DNA of 5,080 nucleotides, from positions 1 through 5,080 of the forward strand of contig JADGIF010000694.1 of assembly GCA_018985225.1 (NCBI GenBank), written 5' to 3'. Source of the stretch: Amoeboradix gromovi X-113. Lineage: Eukaryota > Fungi > Sanchytriomycota. A model generated the notes under the pieces. That model was not told the origin of the DNA and did no database searches. It saw nothing but the letters and a program-made list of their open reading frames with translations. Below are positions 1-5,080 of the stretch, piece after piece (the first letter of the stretch is position 1; every line of letters begins with the position of its first letter). The position numbers were made by a program, and so were the translations under genes.

Positions 1-2
1 AA

Positions 3-95
3 ATTCATGTCGTATGTTGTAAAAAGTATACAGTGAAAAAACTAACTGGTAAAGAAGATTTAACACTAGAACTTGCTGGTCTAATTTTTAAGTGA
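3..95 (+). CDS. Probable 3' end of an upstream gene of unknown product (IHVVCCKKYTVKKLTGKEDLTLELAGLIFK*)
   Basis: Frame 3 is open from the window edge to TGA at 93-95 (30 codons), while the other two + frames stop by position 36. No recognisable motif. Confidence 0.35.
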   Translation: MHVVCCKKYTVKKLTGKEDLTLELAGLIFK

Positions 96-234
96 TTATG
101 CATGTGTTACTTTAGTGTAAATCAGTTACTATGGCTTTTACAACGGTATTCTATTGGATAAATTCTAATTTATAATTTCCTAAATTTGATTAATTGCCTG
201 CTGATTTGTCAGAAATTTTGATTGAACTGAAAAA

Positions 235-245
235 GACCAATCAGC
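235..245 (+). promoter_or_regulatory. CCAAT box upstream of the DUF726 gene
   Basis: GACCAATCAGC matches the NF-Y/Hap consensus RRCCAATCA and lies about 55 nt upstream of the first in-frame ATG (296). Confidence 0.4.
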
Positions 246-295
246 ATCAGTTACTGTATTTACAAGGCAAAATACAAGCTCAGGTCGTTATCTTG

Positions 296-2788
296 ATGGA
301 ACCAAGCAAAATTCGAGAGGCTCGTAAACAGACTTCATTTCACACGATGAAACCGAAAAATACTAACGAAAATTTTACTGTGATATCCAACTCTGATGAA
401 AGTCAGGAAACGGACCTTAAATACTCTGAAATAAGGTCAAACTCTGATTATTCTGAAGAATTGTCCGAATCTGAGCATAAAATCTCTAGTCAATTGTCCA
501 ATGTAACCGAGCTTGAGTCAAAACCTAGCTCATCGACGTCAGACGGCACTGAATTTTTTGATGCTAGAGAGGACGATTCTCCCACTAGACCACTTCCGCC
601 AAAGGTTAGAGTCCAAAATCCAACATCAGATGATATATCTCCAAAATCATCCATCTCAAATGCTTCGAAATCATCAAGTAACAAGATGTCTGACGTACTT
701 ATGACTGAGACTACGGCAAATAATTCCAGCTTAGCTGCACTAGAAATACTGATAAATACTGCAGATCAGTTTACACCTATGGAGTTGATAGGCTACACCT
801 CTCTTGTATGTATTTTGCTGAACGAAATGAGCACAAACTATGCAAAAAAAGTTAAGGAAAGCACTTCCATGTTCTGGGGTAATCAAAAGACTGAAAATTT
901 AGCATTTGAGTCTGCCGATGCTTGGTCTGACAAAATCAGACAAAAGATGTTTAAACATCTGCAAATTGAATCTGTAGAACGCCAAATGATTAAGAACATG
1001 ACAACCCACGATGTGAAAGCTACAGATATAGCGGACATGATAATTCCTCAAGAAATAAAAGATAAAATAATATGGGAAAGAGAGTTTAATTACAACAAAT
1101 CCAAGTTAGAAATGATGGAAGATTTTGATTATGACATTGAGCAAGATGCTAATGATCAAGATAAGAAAGAAGAAAACTATTATCAACCCTTAGATGACAA
1201 TCAAGTAGAAGATGAAGACAATGGATTAGAATGTGACCCAATATCACCAAAAACCGGATCTCCTGAAATAGGTGTGCCTAAAACCTTCTACAAACCCAGT
1301 GAAAGGAAGGACTTGCAAGATATTACTAAATTCATTGAACCTGATTCGACCGATATAAGGCACGTTATGCTAACTGATTTATTTTTAACCTTAATATCCG
1401 AATACTCCTACGACGCTAGAAGCAGGGCGTTATTGTTCAGGTTGTCCAGGCTAATTAGTGTACCAAAGTCAGATGTTCTATGGATAGAACGAGTAGTCGC
1501 TCATAAGTTAAAATATCTTGCGTCGCTAGATGATAATAAAGAGTACTCAAAACAGGATTTAGAAGCCCGGGAGAATAAAGATAAGACAAAGAGATATGTG
1601 GCAATCGGACTAGCAAGCATTGCAGGTGGTATAACTATTGGAGTATCTGGAGGGCTCGCTGCACCACTGCTTGCTGTTGGTCTTACCAAGTTGGGATTGG
1701 CTGCTGGTGGAAGTGCTTTCTTAGGAAGTACTGCTGGTGGTCTAGCAGTTGGTGGTGGTACTGGAATTGTAGGATCAATTATGGGTTCCAACGCAATGGC
1801 TAAGCGCACCAAAAATATTACTAATTTTGAGTTTTACACAGTTTTGCACGAGCAGCAGGTTTCCTTAACAATTAGCATTGGTGGATGGTTAAGTGTTGGC
1901 GATACAGATGATAGCGATATTGCACTACCTTTCTTTCCACTAGCGCCAGAGGAAGGCGATCATGTCAGTTTAATGTGGGAAAGCACCATGTTAAGGGAGC
2001 TAGGCAGCATATTTAAAATACTAGCCAGTGAAGTTATTTCCAGCACCGTGCAGCAAGCCCTAGCTTTGACAATGATGAGTTCTTTTGTTGCATTTTTATC
2101 TTGGCCTATAGCACTTAGTAAGTTAGCATACGTGTTAGATAACCCTTGGAGTAATGCCCTAGATAGATCCCAAAAAGCTGGATATTTACTAGCTGACAAA
2201 CTAATTAGACAATTTCAAGATGGTCGTCCAATAAGTCTAATTGGTTACAGTTTGGGTGCTCGAGTTATCTATTTTTGCTTAGAAGAATTACATCGAAACC
2301 ATGCATTTGGAATAGTTGAAAACGTCTACATGGTTGGTTGCCCAGTTACTGCCAATAAGTCACAGTGGGAAATAGTGTCTACCGTCGTTTCTGGTAGATT
2401 CGTTAATGGATATGCTAGAAACGACTGGATATTAGGGTATCTTTTCCGAGCCACCAGTGGAGGGGTCTTCAATGTAGCTGGGCTAGGTGGTATTAATATA
2501 TCTGGAATTGAGAATGTAGATATATCTGATATAGTAGATGGACATATGATGTATAGGGTTAATATGCCTAGAATAATGAAGAGAATAGGACTAAGCGTTA
2601 CTAATGAGCAATTGTCGTTAGTTTATAAAAAGGATAAGCAGTTTAGAGAGCGAAAATCAAACATTGTAAATCTCGACGATGATATAGATACCAAAATTAA
2701 GAACATTGTAAATGAAGCAGCAAAAAATGAGTCAGAACTAGAAATAGAATTAGCTAGGCTTGAAAAAGATGAGAAACTAAATAAATAA
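296..2788 (+). CDS. DUF726/TMCO4 family membrane protein with alpha/beta-hydrolase fold (yeast Mil1-like), about 830 aa
   Basis: Family motifs DLFLTLIS..YDARSRALL, Gly-rich hydrophobic segment IGLASIAGGITIGVSGGLAAP, WPIALSKLAYVLDNPW, nucleophile elbow RPISLIGYSLGARVIY (GxSxG at 2243-2257), NDWILGYLFR and VDGHMMYR. Ser/Glu-rich N-terminus. The track start at 194 is TTG; the first ATG is 296 (alternative 347), so the start is uncertain. Confidence 0.9.
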   Translation: MEPSKIREARKQTSFHTMKPKNTNENFTVISNSDESQETDLKYSEIRSNSDYSEELSESEHKISSQLSNVTELESKPSSSTSDGTEFFDAREDDSPTRPLPPKVRVQNPTSDDISPKSSISNASKSSSNKMSDVLMTETTANNSSLAALEILINTADQFTPMELIGYTSLVCILLNEMSTNYAKKVKESTSMFWGNQKTENLAFESADAWSDKIRQKMFKHLQIESVERQMIKNMTTHDVKATDIADMIIPQEIKDKIIWEREFNYNKSKLEMMEDFDYDIEQDANDQDKKEENYYQPLDDNQVEDEDNGLECDPISPKTGSPEIGVPKTFYKPSERKDLQDITKFIEPDSTDIRHVMLTDLFLTLISEYSYDARSRALLFRLSRLISVPKSDVLWIERVVAHKLKYLASLDDNKEYSKQDLEARENKDKTKRYVAIGLASIAGGITIGVSGGLAAPLLAVGLTKLGLAAGGSAFLGSTAGGLAVGGGTGIVGSIMGSNAMAKRTKNITNFEFYTVLHEQQVSLTISIGGWLSVGDTDDSDIALPFFPLAPEEGDHVSLMWESTMLRELGSIFKILASEVISSTVQQALALTMMSSFVAFLSWPIALSKLAYVLDNPWSNALDRSQKAGYLLADKLIRQFQDGRPISLIGYSLGARVIYFCLEELHRNHAFGIVENVYMVGCPVTANKSQWEIVSTVVSGRFVNGYARNDWILGYLFRATSGGVFNVAGLGGINISGIENVDISDIVDGHMMYRVNMPRIMKRIGLSVTNEQLSLVYKKDKQFRERKSNIVNLDDDIDTKIKNIVNEAAKNESELEIELARLEKDEKLNK

Positions 2789-2793
2789 TAGAT

Positions 2794-4003
2794 TTACTTC
2801 TTTTTAACCTCAATTTGGGCGCGAACTTCCTTTTCTTCCAAGTCAATCTTCCTTTTCTCTTCATCCAGCTCAGATTGTAATTTCTTTGCTAACGCGGATA
2901 GCTTTTCTTCTTTCTCTTTCAACTCGGCCTCCTTTTGGCGTACTTTGGTCATAAAGTTTGCTCTCATTCTTTCTTCGCGCTCTTGCATTTCTCTAGCTAG
3001 CTCATCTTTAGCGTTATTGGCTTGATTTTCGATGTCGCCATCAACTCTGTGTTGCATAAATCCAGCTCTGTATTGTGCAAAATGACGTACGTGAGTGGAT
3101 TCTATTAAATCAGCCATATTATCACTAATCAATAATCTTCTGAGTTTAGGAACATCGCAATGGCTATCCTCATCCACTAAATGAGCGAAAATTACATTTG
3201 ACTTGACCCCAAGCATATTTACGAACTTGGCAAATCTTTCCATTTTCTTTTTTTAAATTTTCATTTGAACCAACAACCGCAAAAGGATAATTAGATAGAA
3301 TTTCACTAACCTGTTCTTTTCCCTCTTGAGAATTAAAGGGATAAGCGGGAATTTCGAATTCCTTCAAAGATTCTAAAATTGAGTTTTTGAAGATCGAGAG
3401 CTCTTGAGGCGTAAAGGAATCCCCCTTGGCAATAACCGGAATAACATTGCACCAATTAGATAGCGTTTTTAGAGCCAAAACGTCAACCTCTTTTAGTCCA
3501 TGACCAGTAGGTGCGATAAAGTACAAAATACAGTGGATTCTAGTGTCTTGAATTTGTTTACGCTCAGTAGATCTCTCGCTGTTCAAATGCGTCTCATATT
3601 GTGATTTGATGTATGCCAAGATTGGTTCCAAATCGGCAGATCTATTAAGTGTCATACCGAAGCCAACAGTATCTAGCAATGTTAGTCGCAACTTTACACC
3701 GTTCTCTTGGAGAAGCTCTTCAAATTGCTGCAACTGAATCGTTTTTGCAGGACGATGCGAATGTAAAAGTATATTGGAATGAAATAAGGAATTAATAAAA
3801 GTAGATTTACCAAGCCCTGATTCACCTACAACCATCAAGTTAAATACATATTCCTTACATTTAGATTGCCTTAGAGCATGCTCGCTAAAGGCTTCAATTC
3901 CAACGGGTCCCTTTAAGTTTATGACAGGATATTCTGCTGGAGCATCTTGAGGATTAGCAGATCCAAACTTGCCTTTATGTTGAAGAGCGTATTCTAAAGG
4001 CAT
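2794..4003 (-). CDS. Septin GTPase, two exons (4003..3196 and 3176..2794), 396 aa, with C-terminal coiled coil
   Basis: G1 GESGLGKST, G3 DTVG, G4 AKGD, RIHCILYFIAPTGHGLK and PFAVVGS. The septin unique element RKYAWGQVKLDEDSHCD is rebuilt by splicing, joining track ORFs 3170..4003 and 2794..3243. Start context AAAATG. Confidence 0.95.
3177..3195 (-). other. 19-nt spliceosomal intron GTAATTTTCGCTCATTTAG (phase 1)
   Basis: GTAAT donor, TTAG acceptor and branch-like GCTCAT. Removal restores both the frame and the conserved YxWG-x(8)-HCD spacing. Confidence 0.88.
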
Positions 4004-4167
4004 TTTCTAAACACGGTATGAAATAAAAATCTTTAGGATACAGATTGGCAAAACTGATTAATTACGTATCCAGGTATCGCTTATGTCTTTAAATCCTCAA
4101 AATCATATGAAAAGATAAGACTTAACTTAAGAGTCTGCGGTTAATTTATTTGGAGAAATCAAGGAGA
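4004..4167. promoter_or_regulatory. 164-bp divergent promoter region between the septin and C1D genes
   Basis: Head-to-head ATGs at 4003 (-) and 4168 (+). CCAAT on the minus strand at 4048-4044 (GCCAATCTG), about 40 nt upstream of the septin ATG. Confidence 0.65.
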
Positions 4168-4464
4168 ATGGACCATGAGATTGCTACTAAACATTTAAAT
4201 ACTCTATTAGATAAAATAGAGTTAGAAGTCAACGGATTTGATGTTGAAAAGAATCCTTTCGAAGCGGCCTACGCACTTACCGGTCTTTATTACGCTTATT
4301 TAAAGATGAACAATGTGGATGTTGAAAATCATGCTGTTAAGAACCAGCTAAGTCGTCTTCGAAGTGTACACCATAAAATTGAAGAAAATAAAAAAGAGAT
4401 CAACACTGAGGTTATAGAAAGAGTTGTTAAACATCATCTGAATGTAAAGAAATGTAAAAAATAA
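4168..4464 (+). CDS. C1D: C1D/Rrp47(Lrp1) nuclear exosome cofactor, Sas10/Utp3/C1D family, 98 aa
   Basis: AYALTGLYYAYLKMNNVDVENHAVKNQLSRLR fits the family pattern AYxxNSLxxxYLxxxGVDxxxHPVxxELxRI, and INTEVIERVVKHHL fits the C-terminal ld..AA.RF+k.aL motif. The track start 4150 is TTG; the first ATG is 4168. Confidence 0.85.
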   Translation: MDHEIATKHLNTLLDKIELEVNGFDVEKNPFEAAYALTGLYYAYLKMNNVDVENHAVKNQLSRLRSVHHKIEENKKEINTEVIERVVKHHLNVKKCKK

Positions 4465-4489
4465 ATAAAATCTTTAATTATTTAGTATA

Positions 4490-4630
4490 CCTGGCCTTCT
4501 CAATAAAAGTCTAGACCTTCAAGAGTATCGAGAAACTACAGCGAAAGAGATAATTCCAGTTGGTCCGTTACACCAGTAATTGACATTACTGTAACCAATA
4601 AGTGGGATTGAACATGCATGCACACTTCAA
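4490..4630 (-). ncRNA. Putative omegaRNA scaffold remnant and element right end
   Basis: Three consecutive stem-loops (4630-4608, 4598-4560, 4535-4496) directly 3' of the nuclease relic. G-U pairs in two of them form only on the minus strand. Folded by eye. Confidence 0.5.
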
Positions 4631-4800
4631 GCATATGCTCCTTGCTGCCGTCTGACCTCTATATGCTTCCAAATAACAGTTGGTATGTTATTGTTTCTAC
4701 AGATTTTTCATCAGTGTACCGCTACTTTTACAAGTTTTAGTCGTAAATGCTTCATTGCATTCCACTAATGACTTCCTCCTTCCTTAGATGATATTCGCAT
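4625..4800 (-). pseudogene. Decayed C-terminal fragment of a Fanzor2/IS607-type TnpB RNA-guided nuclease (RuvC-II, Zn finger, RuvC-III)
   Basis: One minus frame reads SLVECNEAFTTKTCKSSGTLMKNL*KQ*HTNCYLEAYRGQTAARSICLK, matching the family pattern V.xNEAYTSKTCxxCG...CxxC.L..DRDxNAARNIxLK. In-frame stops at 4699-4697 and 4690-4688; N-terminal domains are absent. Confidence 0.8.
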
Positions 4801-4836
4801 TCTTATTCCAGTTTCTTAATATAAAAAAGGTTGTTT

Positions 4837-4865
4837 AATATGATTTGTCGTAGGGGAATCATATT
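4837..4865. repeat. Perfect 9-bp inverted repeat AATATGATT-N11-AATCATATT
   Basis: Arms at 4837-4845 and 4857-4865, read directly from the sequence. Confidence 0.8.
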
Positions 4866-4902
4866 TCCAGAAATCTGTTATTTGAAATATGAAATTAAAT
4901 GT

Positions 4903-5079
4903 TTATTCAAGAGACAAAGTGTCTGCTGTTGTTTGCCATATAGTTAACTTCCCCTCCACTTCCTGCTCACTTTGTCCGGTTCCCTCAAAGGTGAACCATG
5001 CAGTTAGTACACTGGCGTAATATGGTACCTTAAATAAATTTCTGAATGATTTCTTACCAAGCGAGCAGATAAATGAAGA
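4903..5079 (-). CDS. Probable 3' end of a gene entering from the right edge, product unknown (...KVPYYASVLTAWFTFEGTGQSEQEVEGKLTIWQTTADTLSLE*)
   Basis: Frame open for 58 codons from the edge to TAA at 4905-4903, higher GC than the adjacent spacer, and AATAAA overlapping the stop. Confidence 0.6.
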   Translation of the reverse strand, partial: SSFICSLGKKSFRNLFKVPYYASVLTAWFTFEGTGQSEQEVEGKLTIWQTTADTLSLE

Positions 5080-5080
5080 C

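Noticed and set aside
194-295. N-terminal extension of the DUF726 ORF from TTG at 194
   Set aside because: Non-ATG start in a eukaryotic gene, and the segment contains promoter-like motifs including a CCAAT box.
490-2199. Track ORFs 490..684 (-), 513..704 (+), 1501..1812 (-) and 1960..2199 (-)
   Set aside because: Shadow ORFs inside the conserved DUF726 CDS with no recognisable motifs.
2786-2796. TAA/TAG reassignment to Gln as in some aphelids
   Set aside because: The intact genes end in TAA at sensible positions and their conserved regions have no internal TAA or TAG. The stops in the nuclease relic come with other decay.
2794-3243. Stand-alone 149-aa coiled-coil gene
   Set aside because: From DEDSHCD onward it is the septin's second exon; the preceding residues are off-frame or intronic.
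3243-3260. Programmed frameshift or homopolymer error at the minus-strand A-run as the cause of the split septin
   Set aside because: The first frame stays conserved past this run (RKYAWGQV). The frame changes only at the GT-AG segment 3195-3177, and a 1-nt shift would leave six extra residues in a fixed-length motif.
4625-4800. An active Fanzor gene rescued by tiny introns
   Set aside because: The RuvC-III Asp and a Zn-finger Cys are substituted, and there is no room for RuvC-I or the N-terminal domains before position 4903.
5029-5057. Possible 29-nt intron GTAAGAAATC...TTTAAG in the right-edge gene
   Set aside because: Unresolved rather than excluded. The frame is open without splicing and the AAG acceptor is weak. 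The 16-nt alternative ending at CAG would create a TGA. Needs RNA-seq or homologues.
1-5080. CRISPR array, tRNA or rRNA genes
   Set aside because: No regularly spaced repeats, cloverleaf with A/B boxes, or rRNA-like sequence seen.

Overview
AT-rich, very gene-dense eukaryotic window; the proteins look fungal, and an early-diverging lineage with a compacted genome is my inference. It holds a DUF726/TMCO4 (Mil1-like) lipase-fold membrane protein (+), a convergent septin (-) ending 5 nt away and split by a 19-nt GT-AG intron, a divergent C1D/Rrp47 exosome cofactor (+), and probable gene ends at both edges. The best find is not in the ORF track: the gap at about 4490-4865 carries a decayed minus-strand fragment with Fanzor2/IS607-TnpB C-terminal motifs (VECNEAFTTKTCKSSG...NCYLEAYRGQTAARSICLK), followed by stem-loops where an omegaRNA would lie. 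All family calls are by motif recognition; no searches were run.
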